Shown here: positions 47,364 to 56,548 of the stretch, one piece after another | How positions within the stretch are numbered: the first letter of the stretch is position 1 | Layout of the letters: each line of letters starts with the position of its first letter | Made by a program: the position numbers and the translations under genes | The notes under the pieces: generated by a model | Told to the model about the DNA's origin: nothing | What the model saw: the letters and a program-made list of their open reading frames with translations, nothing else | The model's database searches: none | DNA from: Candidatus Micrarchaeota archaeon | GTDB taxonomy: Archaea > Micrarchaeota > Micrarchaeia > Norongarragalinales > SBBD01 | Reading direction: 5' to 3' | DNA length: 64,000 bases | NCBI GenBank assembly: GCA_018819225.1 | Contig: JAHJQN010000008.1 | Span: 96,001 to 160,000, forward strand

Positions 47364-48449
47364 ATGCCGAGAAAAAGCGCTAGAGGAAGTCCGCGAAACC
47401 AACGCGTACAGGTTCAAACCGCGGAAGCGTCCGACAGCCACCAAGCGAAGACCTCCGCTAAACCCAAAGGCTTCAAACCCATCAAACAAATCAAGAGCAC
47501 GGAAGAAATAGCCATATCCGATAAACTCATCGACCAAGTCGTGGGACAAGAGCGCGGCATCGAAATCATCCGAAAAGCCTCGAAACAGAAACGAAACGTG
47601 CTTCTCGTTGGAACACCCGGCACCGGCAAAAGCATGCTCGCCCAAGCCATGGCCGAACTCATGCCCATCGAGGATCTGCAGGACATCATGATTATAGCCA
47701 ACCGCGACAACGAAAACCAGCCGAAAGTCCGAATCGTGAAAGCCGGAGAAGGAAAGAAAATCATCGCCAAAGAAAAAATCAGCGGACGGCTCGCCGGCTC
47801 TCACACCAACCTCTTTCTCATCGCGTTCATGATCTTCTCCGTGTTCATTGCCCTGTATTTCCTGCCCAACTACTTCGATACCGTCATCGTAGCGGCCATG
47901 CTCATCGGACTCTTCCTCATGGGAGCCGCCATGATGTTCGCCATGCAATTGTCGCGAGGGCGCCTCGTGGAAGCCGATACCGCTAAACTGGCTGTGGATA
48001 ACGGCAAAATGAAGAAAGCCCCGTTTGTCGATGCGACGGGATCACGGGCGGGCGCATTGCTAGGAGACGTGAAACACGATCCGTTCCAAAGCCTGCCCCC
48101 TGAGCAAACATTGACGGGCACATCACAGCGCATCAACATGGAAAGCGCATGGTTTGAAATGGCTGCCAAATACCCCAATCGAATCGAAAAACGATCCAAC
48201 GGATATGAAGCCATTCGCCTACCCCGAAAAGAAAAAGTGTACGTGCTCGGAATGAAGAACGGGCGAACGGTTAAAAGCCGAGTCTGGTCCTTGAACCGTC
48301 GGCGCTATAAAGGAAAAATCAGCGAAATCAAAACCAGGGGACGACGCGTACGGACCACACCCGAACACGCCTTCCTCCTTGCAGGAAAAGACGCACCCGC
48401 ACGAACGCTCAAGAAAGGGGAGTGGCTGCAATCACTTAACGAGAGCTAA
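47364..48449 (+). CDS. lonB: LonB protease N-terminal fragment fused to an N-terminal half-intein
   Basis: LIDQVVGQE, Walker A GTPGTGKS, two TM helices, APFVDATG, GALLGDVKHDPFQ; no Walker B or protease domain. Confidence 0.93.
   Translation: MPRKSARGSPRNQRVQVQTAEASDSHQAKTSAKPKGFKPIKQIKSTEEIAISDKLIDQVVGQERGIEIIRKASKQKRNVLLVGTPGTGKSMLAQAMAELMPIEDLQDIMIIANRDNENQPKVRIVKAGEGKKIIAKEKISGRLAGSHTNLFLIAFMIFSVFIALYFLPNYFDTVIVAAMLIGLFLMGAAMMFAMQLSRGRLVEADTAKLAVDNGKMKKAPFVDATGSRAGALLGDVKHDPFQSLPPEQTLTGTSQRINMESAWFEMAAKYPNRIEKRSNGYEAIRLPRKEKVYVLGMKNGRTVKSRVWSLNRRRYKGKISEIKTRGRRVRTTPEHAFLLAGKDAPARTLKKGEWLQSLNES
48090..48446 (+). mobile_element. N-terminal split-intein fragment (IntN, 119 aa)
   Basis: Block A SLPPE directly after HDPFQ; RRRYKGKI.EI; block B TTPEHAF (TxxH); LKKGEWL then stop; no block F/G His-Asn. 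Confidence 0.85.
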
Positions 48450-48838
48450 TTGATTTTCGTCAACAGTTTGCGGCCCATAGCCACCATATACTGGATCTCC
48501 TTGCCCACTTCCACTTCAGACCTCATTTCCTCGGGAATCTCCACTTCGAACGTCTCGTAATCCTGCATGTCCATGAGCTGAGCCGACGTACCCGACAAGC
48601 TCACGACTTGCGCCCGCTTTCTCGCAATCATCGGTATCTCGATATCCCCATCCGAAGGCTTCGCCAACGAACGCTTGACTCCATCAAATATCCCAATGGC
48701 CACGACATTCATCTTCGCGGCCCCGTGTTTTCCGGGCTTGCTCTTGTCAATACTGACGACCCGACACGGAAAATCTTCAATTAAAACATACTTGCCAATC
48801 TTCAAGTCGCCCATGGTTGCGTAAATGCGATCCACCAT
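48446..48838 (-). CDS. eif5a: Translation factor aIF5A
   Basis: SKPGKHGAAK hypusine motif, QLMD..YETFE. Confidence 0.96.
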   Translation of the reverse strand: MVDRIYATMGDLKIGKYVLIEDFPCRVVSIDKSKPGKHGAAKMNVVAIGIFDGVKRSLAKPSDGDIEIPMIARKRAQVVSLSGTSAQLMDMQDYETFEVEIPEEMRSEVEVGKEIQYMVAMGRKLLTKIN

Positions 48839-48898
48839 ACGATAAACACCCCTGAAATAAACCGTTCAAATAGAACGAAAAGGTTAGCAAGAGAAAAT

Positions 48899-50602
48899 TT
48901 ATAAACGCGAAACCGGTGGCCGAGAAGACCAATACAGGGCTCCGCCCACCATCAACAAAACCGAGACAAAGGCCATTACAGAAAAATTCCCTGAACGGGA
49001 ACCTGCCACCTTCACGCTGATTTCATTAATGGATTGTTTCACTTTTCCAAGTAAAGACGAAGCGTCTTCATCCCGTTTCCGAGCCAGCAATAATCGAACG
49101 CGCGCGAGCTCCGCTTCCTCTTCCGTCGTGTCTTCACCGGCTTCCTCCAGACGCCGCAATTTTTCCTCCAAATCCTCGAGTTCATCGGAACCGCTCACGG
49201 GAGTAAAAGAAGGCGTCGGCGTCAACGAAATCGAAGGCTCCACCGTAATGGACGGCATACTCGACGGAACATCCGTGGGCGACGGAGAAATCGCTGGAGA
49301 GGGGGTCGCATTTGAACCGGGATACGGATCCGGCGAGGGAGTGGGAGTGGCACTCACGGAAGGCGTAGGAGAAATCGAAGGAGTGGGAGAAATGCTGGGG
49401 GTCGGTGAAGGCGTCGGAGTGGGAGACGGAGTCGGCGTGGGTTGAGCCACATCATTAAACGCGTATACGTAGCCGTCAGTCGCCGCAACGAAAAGCGTGC
49501 CATCGGCCACCACCATCCCGCTCATATGACACGGCAAATTGTAATGCCAAAAAAACGCGCCCGTGTCGGGATTCATCGCGTACACGGCGTCGTATGCACA
49601 CGCATACAAGACATCATTGCCCGATAATACCAGGCGTCCCCGATAACCCCCTCCACCGGTTTGCCACCATTTTTGTCCTGAGCCCGCATCAAACGACCAA
49701 ACCAGGCTCTGCTGCGCCTGCGTGGGAATGAAGACACGGTCATTCGCGTTATCAACGGTTACTGGACCCGGCGCATTCGATGACATCGAGAGCAAGTACG
49801 TCCAAGCCCTCGAACCGTTTTGCGGAAAAAACGCGTTCATTCGCCGACCCGCGTAACCGGATGCATCCGGAACAAAAAACATATTGTAGGATGAGCCAAA
49901 CGAAGCGGGTTTGATGGGGTAAATCGTAATCGAACTCCACAACGGGTTCCCGGTTTCCGCATCGAACCCGTGCAAACGATACTGCGGAGAGGAAATAAGC
50001 GTGGTCACCACTCCGCCCCCCACCGCGGGAGGATAGTCTTTAGTATAGCGGTTAACCGGCGTCTCCCATTCCACCACGCCATTTTCAGCATTGACACGAA
50101 CCAACGCCGCCGTATCCTCCCCCGTACGTCGCACTAAAAACAGTTTCGGAGACGAAAAAGCCGTCGAGTACGTCAGACCAAACGATTCCCCCACATCCGG
50201 AATGCGCCACAATTCATCCCGAGACGGAATATGATACGCGAATAAATCCCCGTTATTGACGTACAACGTGTCTCCAACGAGCACGGGATACTGCCAGCCC
50301 GACATTTCAGCCAGCTCCGTCACATTGTCCAACCATTCGCCCGTCTCGGCATCCAACAATGTGTAATTCGAATCCGCCACGTTTTCGTAACTCGGAACCA
50401 ACAAGCGACCATTCGAATACAGCAGTTGAACGTGCTCCGGCAAACCTTCCGCCACCTTCGTTCTCCACAACAATGAGTCCGTCAATGGCCCGTCATCCGG
50501 CGTAAACCCCGAATGATGTTCATCAAAGCCGTACTGAATCCAATCCGTCGATTGGGACAAGGAAAAGAAACAGACGAACGCGACGAGCCAAAAGAACGTC
50601 AT
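48899..50602 (-). CDS. Secreted PQQ-repeat beta-propeller protein with S/P/T linker, helical stalk and TM anchor
   Basis: Signal peptide, DWIQYGFDEHHSG, repeated DAETG..W, SPTP repeats, C-terminal TM. Confidence 0.85.
   Translation of the reverse strand: MTFFWLVAFVCFFSLSQSTDWIQYGFDEHHSGFTPDDGPLTDSLLWRTKVAEGLPEHVQLLYSNGRLLVPSYENVADSNYTLLDAETGEWLDNVTELAEMSGWQYPVLVGDTLYVNNGDLFAYHIPSRDELWRIPDVGESFGLTYSTAFSSPKLFLVRRTGEDTAALVRVNAENGVVEWETPVNRYTKDYPPAVGGGVVTTLISSPQYRLHGFDAETGNPLWSSITIYPIKPASFGSSYNMFFVPDASGYAGRRMNAFFPQNGSRAWTYLLSMSSNAPGPVTVDNANDRVFIPTQAQQSLVWSFDAGSGQKWWQTGGGGYRGRLVLSGNDVLYACAYDAVYAMNPDTGAFFWHYNLPCHMSGMVVADGTLFVAATDGYVYAFNDVAQPTPTPSPTPTPSPTPSISPTPSISPTPSVSATPTPSPDPYPGSNATPSPAISPSPTDVPSSMPSITVEPSISLTPTPSFTPVSGSDELEDLEEKLRRLEEAGEDTTEEEAELARVRLLLARKRDEDASSLLGKVKQSINEISVKVAGSRSGNFSVMAFVSVLLMVGGALYWSSRPPVSRL
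49200..49445 (-). repeat. Ser/Pro/Thr (SPTP, SISPTP) linker repeats within the CDS
   Basis: PTPTPSPTPTPSPTPSISPTPSISPTP in the translation. Confidence 0.8.
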
Positions 50603-50668
50603 GCTCCCATTAGAGAAACGCGCTATAAAAACGTATGGAAATAAAAAGACGCAGAACAAAAAAAAATC

Positions 50669-51475
50669 ATGGAACTCTTCTTTTTGGGAAGTGGCGGAGG
50701 CCGCGTGGTCGTCGATAGGCAAGTACTCGCCACCGGCGGTTTTCGAATACACGGAAAAGAAATCGCGCTCCACGTGGACCCGGGCCCGGGCGCCCTCGTA
50801 AAAACCTATCAACATCACTTGGACCCCGCCAAGCTGAATGGAATATTTGTCAGCCACGCCCATATCGATCACTGCAACGATGCCTCCATACTCGTAGAGG
50901 CCATGGCATTCGGATCCTTCAAGAAAAAAAAAGGAATGCTGCTCGCCAGCCAAAGCGTGCTGAAAGGAATCAACGGATTCGAAAAACAAATCGACGATTA
51001 CTTCCAAAACATGTGCGAAGGCGTTCACGTCCTTCAACCCGGAGTGCCCGTCGCGTATTCGCCGCGCATCCGCATCCGAGCGCTTCGAACCCAACACGAA
51101 GATCCGAGTGCCGTTGGTTTGGAAGTGGAAGCCGAAGGAATGCGAATCGCCTACACGGGAGACACCGAGATTTTCGACGGATTGAGCCAGCAATTGAATG
51201 GCGCTGATTTTCTGGTGATCAACTGCCTCCGGCCCGGAAACGATCGGTTCCCCTATCATTTAAGCATTCAAGAAGTCGCCGACATATTGAAATCCCTTAC
51301 GAAAAAACCGAAAGCCGTCTTCCTCACCCACGCCGGCATGAAACTCGTTCAAGCCGGCCGCGAAGAGCAACGCCAATGGCTGGAAAAGGAAACGAACGTT
51401 CGAATCATTAACGCCGTGGAAGGCTTGAACGTCTCGTTAAACGAATTGGCGTCCCGACAACAAAAACTCGTTTAA
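50669..51475 (+). CDS. MBL-fold metallo-hydrolase
   Basis: FLGSGGGR, VDPGPG, SHAHIDH, YTGDT, LTHAG. Confidence 0.92.
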   Translation: MELFFLGSGGGRVVVDRQVLATGGFRIHGKEIALHVDPGPGALVKTYQHHLDPAKLNGIFVSHAHIDHCNDASILVEAMAFGSFKKKKGMLLASQSVLKGINGFEKQIDDYFQNMCEGVHVLQPGVPVAYSPRIRIRALRTQHEDPSAVGLEVEAEGMRIAYTGDTEIFDGLSQQLNGADFLVINCLRPGNDRFPYHLSIQEVADILKSLTKKPKAVFLTHAGMKLVQAGREEQRQWLEKETNVRIINAVEGLNVSLNELASRQQKLV

Positions 51476-52335
51476 AGCGCAAGCGACGCGAACCCCAGCA
51501 AACCCGCGCCTAAAGCAAGCAAGGTCAGATTACGCGCTTTCTTCAAATGAGCCAAAGACGGCGATCGCACCACCAAGAATAAGGCGTATAGAACCAGCGC
51601 ATGGTTCATTGCAATCAAAAGAAAATAGGCGTGGTGAAACGACTGAAAAAGCGGAATCCAAGTCAACAGAAGCGCGATGAGAAATAAAGCCCCCGATACC
51701 CGCACCGTACGAACCGAACCGAGAAGCATCGGCAACGTTCGCATGCCCTCCTTCGCATCCCCTTTCACGTCCCTCAACGTAATCAACAACTCTCTCCCGA
51801 TACCAGCAAAAAACGAGACCGCCACAAAAAGAAACACGTACTCCTGCAGGACCGGGGAGAAAACGAAATTACCATAAACAAACGATATTCCCATGCTACT
51901 TGCAATAAACACGTTACCCAGCAACGGACGCTTCTTCAAAACCGAATCGTACACCAGAGAAAACGCCGCAAAAACGAACGCCACACCAAACGCCCACGCA
52001 TTCACGAAAAGCGCCAAAAGCATCCCCAACGCATACAAAAACATCGAGGCCTTCAACGCATCCGATACCCGAATTCGCCTAGAAACCAACGGGCGTTCGA
52101 TTCGATGGTTAGCGCGATCGCTTCCCAAACCCTGAACATCATTAAAAATGAACGAGGCCGCCGTAATACAAAACGGGCCGAACACCGGAAACCACACCGC
52201 AAAAGAAAACAATGAAAACGAGACGGCTAACGACTTCGCCGTCAACGCCTCCGCAGCCACGATAGCGGCCGCTACCAAAAACGCGTGCTCCAGCCTCGCC
52301 AGCTTCCACCAATCCCCAAACGAATTCATAGGCAT
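51472..52335 (-). CDS. UbiA prenyltransferase, likely DGGGP synthase
   Basis: KLARLEH, FNDV...DRANHR.RPL, RELLITLRDVKGD...TLP; TAATG coupling to the upstream gene. Confidence 0.85.
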   Translation of the reverse strand: MPMNSFGDWWKLARLEHAFLVAAAIVAAEALTAKSLAVSFSLFSFAVWFPVFGPFCITAASFIFNDVQGLGSDRANHRIERPLVSRRIRVSDALKASMFLYALGMLLALFVNAWAFGVAFVFAAFSLVYDSVLKKRPLLGNVFIASSMGISFVYGNFVFSPVLQEYVFLFVAVSFFAGIGRELLITLRDVKGDAKEGMRTLPMLLGSVRTVRVSGALFLIALLLTWIPLFQSFHHAYFLLIAMNHALVLYALFLVVRSPSLAHLKKARNLTLLALGAGLLGFASLAL

Positions 52336-53189
52336 TACAACGAGAACAACTTCGGCGTCTTTTCGTACACGTACAACAACAACATCAAGTCCACCAACGG
52401 AAATACGAGGAGGTAGGCTATTAAAATATCGCTCTCGGAAACCGTCCACTCCAAGAACGAGGCGCCCAGCATCACCCAAGACGAATAGAACGCGGGCACC
52501 ACACCCGAAAACACGATAAACAACACGCCGATTAACGACAACTTCGAATGAAATTCCCGCAACTTCGTCCGCTGAAGCACGATCAACGAGTCCCCAAACC
52601 GCTGCAACTCATCCGTCCCCGACCCATTCACGTACATCCACGCCAACTGGGAACAGACGCGCTTCAACATCAAGGAATCCGTACGCCGCGACAAGGCCTT
52701 AAGCGCATCCGGAACCGAAATCCCGTGCAAATGAACGGAGTCATGAACTCTATGGAATTCCTGACTCAAAACACCGAACCCGCCTTCCCCTCCTTCCTTC
52801 AACACGCGCTCGAACGATATCCCTAGCGCCAGCTGAACCGCCAAAGAGGGAAGCGCAACCGAAAGCTCGCGTTCCAATTCCTCCGCCCGCTTTTTCGCGC
52901 GATAATACGGGTACGCATAACCAACGGAAAAACTCAACCCAAACACTAGAAGAAGAACCGCTACAGAAACCCAAAGCGACCACCACAAAGAATAGGAGAT
53001 GATGAAAAGAAAGAGCGAAAGAAAACAGGAAACCACGAGCGTCGAAGACCAATAAACCGAGCCGGAAACATCCAGGCCCGCGCACTCAAGCGCCCCATCC
53101 ATCCGACGACGAGCCCGCCCCGAGAACACGAACGAAGCATCCACCAACAAAAACAAGGATCGAAACAGTTTAATCAGGATGGAAGGCAA
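52335..53189 (-). CDS. Type II secretion/type IV pilus membrane platform protein (TadC/GspF)
   Basis: YP...AKKRAEELEREL, GVLSQEF, ALKALSRRTDS; TM segments. Confidence 0.8.
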   Translation of the reverse strand: MPSILIKLFRSLFLLVDASFVFSGRARRRMDGALECAGLDVSGSVYWSSTLVVSCFLSLFLFIISYSLWWSLWVSVAVLLLVFGLSFSVGYAYPYYRAKKRAEELERELSVALPSLAVQLALGISFERVLKEGGEGGFGVLSQEFHRVHDSVHLHGISVPDALKALSRRTDSLMLKRVCSQLAWMYVNGSGTDELQRFGDSLIVLQRTKLREFHSKLSLIGVLFIVFSGVVPAFYSSWVMLGASFLEWTVSESDILIAYLLVFPLVDLMLLLYVYEKTPKLFSL

Positions 53190-53252
53190 TGAAGTTCAGC
53201 TACAACGCCTCCCGGCCACGGATTCTCACTAAAGATACGAATATCCGCGTAT

Positions 53253-53654
53253 TTATTTCTTTTCCTCCTTCTTCTTACCCGGAGCCGAAAGCCCGAGCTC
53301 CTCCAACGTTTTCGGACCCGGCGTCACCACTTTCGCATTCAGTTGAGCCGTTTCCTTGGACACTTGGTTACCGATAATGGTTTTCATGCGTCGCTCGCCC
53401 TTCTTCAAACCCCGAATACCCGGCGGGCCGGAAAGCCACAACTGCGTCTTACGCGTTCCCATTACATCCGGACGCATCGGAAACCCGTCCCGATTGCTGC
53501 CCCCCGTAATCTTCAACGAATAACCCGGGAGCTCAATCAAGTCCCCGTTAATCGAATCACCAATCTTCTTTCCATGCAATGAAGACGATTTTTCGTCCGC
53601 CAATTCCTTTTGGTAACTCTTCGCGTTCTTTCCGTCATTAACAACAAGTTTCAT
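53253..53654 (-). CDS. rps6e: 30S ribosomal protein S6e
   Basis: GKKIGD, LKITGGS..DGFPMR, GERR.K. Confidence 0.96.
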   Translation of the reverse strand: MKLVVNDGKNAKSYQKELADEKSSSLHGKKIGDSINGDLIELPGYSLKITGGSNRDGFPMRPDVMGTRKTQLWLSGPPGIRGLKKGERRMKTIIGNQVSKETAQLNAKVVTPGPKTLEELGLSAPGKKKEEKK

Positions 53655-53774
53655 GTCCTTTCACCGGTCGCGGAAGCACCGAAAGCGAGCTATAAGGCTT
53701 TAATAGACCCCCGCATTAGTTAGTAGTTGTTGCCAATACCGATTTTTAAAGCTTTCTTACCCCTCCGGGATCGC

Positions 53775-54371
53775 ATGACGCCGCACGAAGAGACGTTGTA
53801 TATTGCCGTGTTCTTTCTCGCGCTAACCCTGTTTACGCTGGTGAGTTCCCTCCTCGTATTCAACGACTTTGAAAACGGCGTCAAACTCGCCTTCCTCATC
53901 CTCCTCGTATTCATCGGCGTGCTTTCATTTCGCAACCGCATCCAATACCAAACCAAGGTCGCCAACTGGAAAGAAGGATTGACCGAACACATCCTCATCC
54001 AATCCCAAGCCACGTACTACGAACATACGCGTTCCTCTGAAACCATCGATACCGAAAATCCGGATGACCAAAACCGCGCTCAAGAAGGCAGCCTACTCGC
54101 CAGCAAAACCTACGTCATCTTCCAATCCGAACAAAAGAATTTCCAGCTCACCATCAATCGCTCCGACATCTTCACGGTTTTCAAAGGACGCCTGCAAAAA
54201 TCCGGCAAACCCATTCCGAAAGCCTTTCGCGGCGTACTCGCCATCCGCCTCCCCCACGCATTACATAAATTTATCGTACCCGACGTGGACCGTTGGCTCC
54301 GATTGTTCGATGAAGAACGCTTCGGCGCCCAACAATACCAAGACCTCAAGCGCAAGAGTGGAAGGGAATAA
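53775..54371 (+). CDS. Hypothetical membrane protein
   Basis: Two N-terminal TM helices then a soluble domain. Confidence 0.55.
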   Translation: MTPHEETLYIAVFFLALTLFTLVSSLLVFNDFENGVKLAFLILLVFIGVLSFRNRIQYQTKVANWKEGLTEHILIQSQATYYEHTRSSETIDTENPDDQNRAQEGSLLASKTYVIFQSEQKNFQLTINRSDIFTVFKGRLQKSGKPIPKAFRGVLAIRLPHALHKFIVPDVDRWLRLFDEERFGAQQYQDLKRKSGRE

Positions 54372-54398
54372 AAGCGTTCGCCTCCCCCACAACTCCCA

Positions 54399-55517
54399 GT
54401 GAATAAAAAAATGAAAGAAATCGATCCGTGGGGAAACGCACTCGTCGACTACCAGAAACTCTTCACCCAATTCGGCCTCCAAACGCTTTCCCCCGCCATG
54501 AAAAAACGCTTTTCATCGCACCGCGGTTTCCGAAGAGATATCGTTTTCGCGCACCGCGGACTCGAATCATTCATTAAGACCGCTGACGACGGAAAACCAG
54601 TCGCCGTCATGACCGGCATCAAGCCCTCCAATTCATTTCACTTGGGCAGCAAGCTCACCGCCGAAGAACTCATCCTACTCCAAAAAGAATTCAACGCCAA
54701 AGCATTCTATGGAATAGCAGACCTCGAAGCCTATGCCGACAACGGATTGCCGCTGGAACAAAGCCACGAAATCGCTATAGACAACGTGGCGGATCTGCTG
54801 GCGCTCGGACTCCACGAAAAAAACGCGTTCATTTACAAGCAATCCCGGAACGCGGAAGTCATGCGCCTCGCGCAACTCTTCGCCAAGCGAACCACCACCG
54901 CTACCCTGGAAGCCCTCTACGGCAAACAAAACCTCGGACTATACTTTTCCGTGCTCACGCAAGCCGGAGACATCCTATTCCCCATGCTCGAAGAAAACGG
55001 GGGCGCCCGCGCCGTCGTCGTGCCCGTCGGAGCCGACCAAGACCCGCACATACGCTTAACGAGAGACCTCGCAGCCAAATTCGCTGCGGAAAAAGGCTTC
55101 GAACCTCCTTCCGCAACCTACCACAAGTTCTTCCGCGCCCTCGACGGCACCACGAAAATGAGCAAGCGCGACCCCCAAAACATCCTTTCCCTCAACGACT
55201 CCGAGAAAGAAGTGAAGAAAAAGGTCTCGAACGCGCTCACGGGCGGAAGGGACACCACGGAAGAACAGCGAAAAAAGGGAGGCCAACCCGAGAAATGCGT
55301 GGTTTACGAGCTCATGCAATTCCATTTCTATGATGACGACAAGGACTTGAAGGACATGAAGGAAGACTGCACGAGCGGCCGCTTGTTATGCGGGGAATGC
55401 AAGCTCCAGCGCATCGCGCACATCAACGAATACCTCAAGAAACACCAGGAGAAGAAGAAGGCAAAGCTCGCGAAAGCCGAGAAAATAATTGAAACGGTTT
55501 CCAACCCCCGCAGCTAG
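54399..55517 (+). CDS. trpS: Tryptophan--tRNA ligase
   Basis: IDPWG, HLGS (HIGH), GADQDPH, KMSKR, ALTGGR, CGECK. Confidence 0.96.
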   Translation: MNKKMKEIDPWGNALVDYQKLFTQFGLQTLSPAMKKRFSSHRGFRRDIVFAHRGLESFIKTADDGKPVAVMTGIKPSNSFHLGSKLTAEELILLQKEFNAKAFYGIADLEAYADNGLPLEQSHEIAIDNVADLLALGLHEKNAFIYKQSRNAEVMRLAQLFAKRTTTATLEALYGKQNLGLYFSVLTQAGDILFPMLEENGGARAVVVPVGADQDPHIRLTRDLAAKFAAEKGFEPPSATYHKFFRALDGTTKMSKRDPQNILSLNDSEKEVKKKVSNALTGGRDTTEEQRKKGGQPEKCVVYELMQFHFYDDDKDLKDMKEDCTSGRLLCGECKLQRIAHINEYLKKHQEKKKAKLAKAEKIIETVSNPRS

Positions 55518-56266
55518 TTCTCCACTGGCTGCGCGCACACGGCAATCGCTCCGGCTTCACCACCCAATCCATGATACGTCCGCTTCTGCAACGTAATCTT
55601 GAATATTCGCGTGCGCTTGATCGTAGCACCCGAAGCGTACCATCTCCCGAGCGTCGAGAAACTGGCTTTCGAATCCGATCCAGTGTAAAGATTCGTAGGC
55701 ACGCCTGAAGTCGATGCCGTGCAGGAAAATGGATTCGTGGAATCAAACTCATTGACCGGGCACGGGTTAACTCCCAACGGCAGGCACCCCAGGCCCGTCG
55801 CGGGATCCCACGCTTGTCCGCCAATCGACGTATCTGATCCATCCAAGACCGTGAACTCTCCGGCAATATCTATGCACACCGAGTTCTGCATCAGGCTCGT
55901 TCCTTGCGTCAATTTCTGCCCATCCGGATCGTATGAAGCCATCTCCATTTTCCAGCATCCGGCGTAATGCCCGGGACAAGCCCGGCAATACTGTTCGCTG
56001 TTATAGTAAACGAACCGCAGCACGTCCACGGATGTTTCCCCGCACTTGGGCATGTGGAAATAGAATGTGCGCTTGCTGGGAGGCGACTGCAACGCCAAGT
56101 CCTGCATTGCTAATTTCAATTTATCCACTTCCGCTTTGACTTCGGAAATGCATTGCGCTTCCCCGGAATCCGAGATGAGTTTCAACGCGATCGTCATGCT
56201 CGCGATCAGGATAATGACGGCTATTACCAGCTCCATGGGCGCGCCGGACTGGGATCTAAAGCGCAT
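55514..56266 (-). CDS. Pilin-like Cys-rich secreted protein
   Basis: MRFRSQSGAPMELVIAVII, class III-like signal. Confidence 0.6.
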   Translation of the reverse strand: MRFRSQSGAPMELVIAVIILIASMTIALKLISDSGEAQCISEVKAEVDKLKLAMQDLALQSPPSKRTFYFHMPKCGETSVDVLRFVYYNSEQYCRACPGHYAGCWKMEMASYDPDGQKLTQGTSLMQNSVCIDIAGEFTVLDGSDTSIGGQAWDPATGLGCLPLGVNPCPVNEFDSTNPFSCTASTSGVPTNLYTGSDSKASFSTLGRWYASGATIKRTRIFKITLQKRTYHGLGGEAGAIAVCAQPVEN

Positions 56267-56335
56267 GCTCAACAGTAAACGTGCTGGCTATAAAAGTGTA
56301 AGGGATTCCCCTCCATTTTATGGTTATCAAACTCG

Positions 56336-56521
56336 TTACTTGAATACGAGCCACATGGCGCTGGACGCGAACTGCCGTGCTTCCTGCAGGTTGCCTCCGG
56401 CCACGTTGGATGCGTTCCTCAACAAGGGCTTGACGAGCGTGAAAATCAGTATGGCTGCGATCACGAAAACAATCAGCATGTAGATCGGCGTCCACTCCGT
56501 CGAGCCCTTGAAACGGGTCAT
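56336..56521 (-). CDS. Small pilin-like protein
   Basis: RFKG/STEWTPIYMLIVFVIAA. Confidence 0.6.
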   Translation of the reverse strand: MTRFKGSTEWTPIYMLIVFVIAAILIFTLVKPLLRNASNVAGGNLQEARQFASSAMWLVFK

Positions 56522-56548
56522 AATGCTAACCTTTCGAAGATTCGAAAT

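Noticed and set aside
48450-48898. Frameshifted continuation of the Lon intein or a C-terminal Lon half
   Set aside because: The region is occupied by intact aIF5A on the opposite strand; no LAGLIDADG, His-Asn/SGG or Lon_C sequence was seen.
49200-49445. Repeats as a possible CRISPR array or DGR
   Set aside because: They are degenerate codon-level S/P/T linker repeats with no spacers, cas genes or reverse transcriptase.
50603-51259. N-terminal extension of the 786-aa ORF 48899..51259
   Set aside because: It is the antisense shadow of the MBL hydrolase; the signal peptide begins at ATG 50602.
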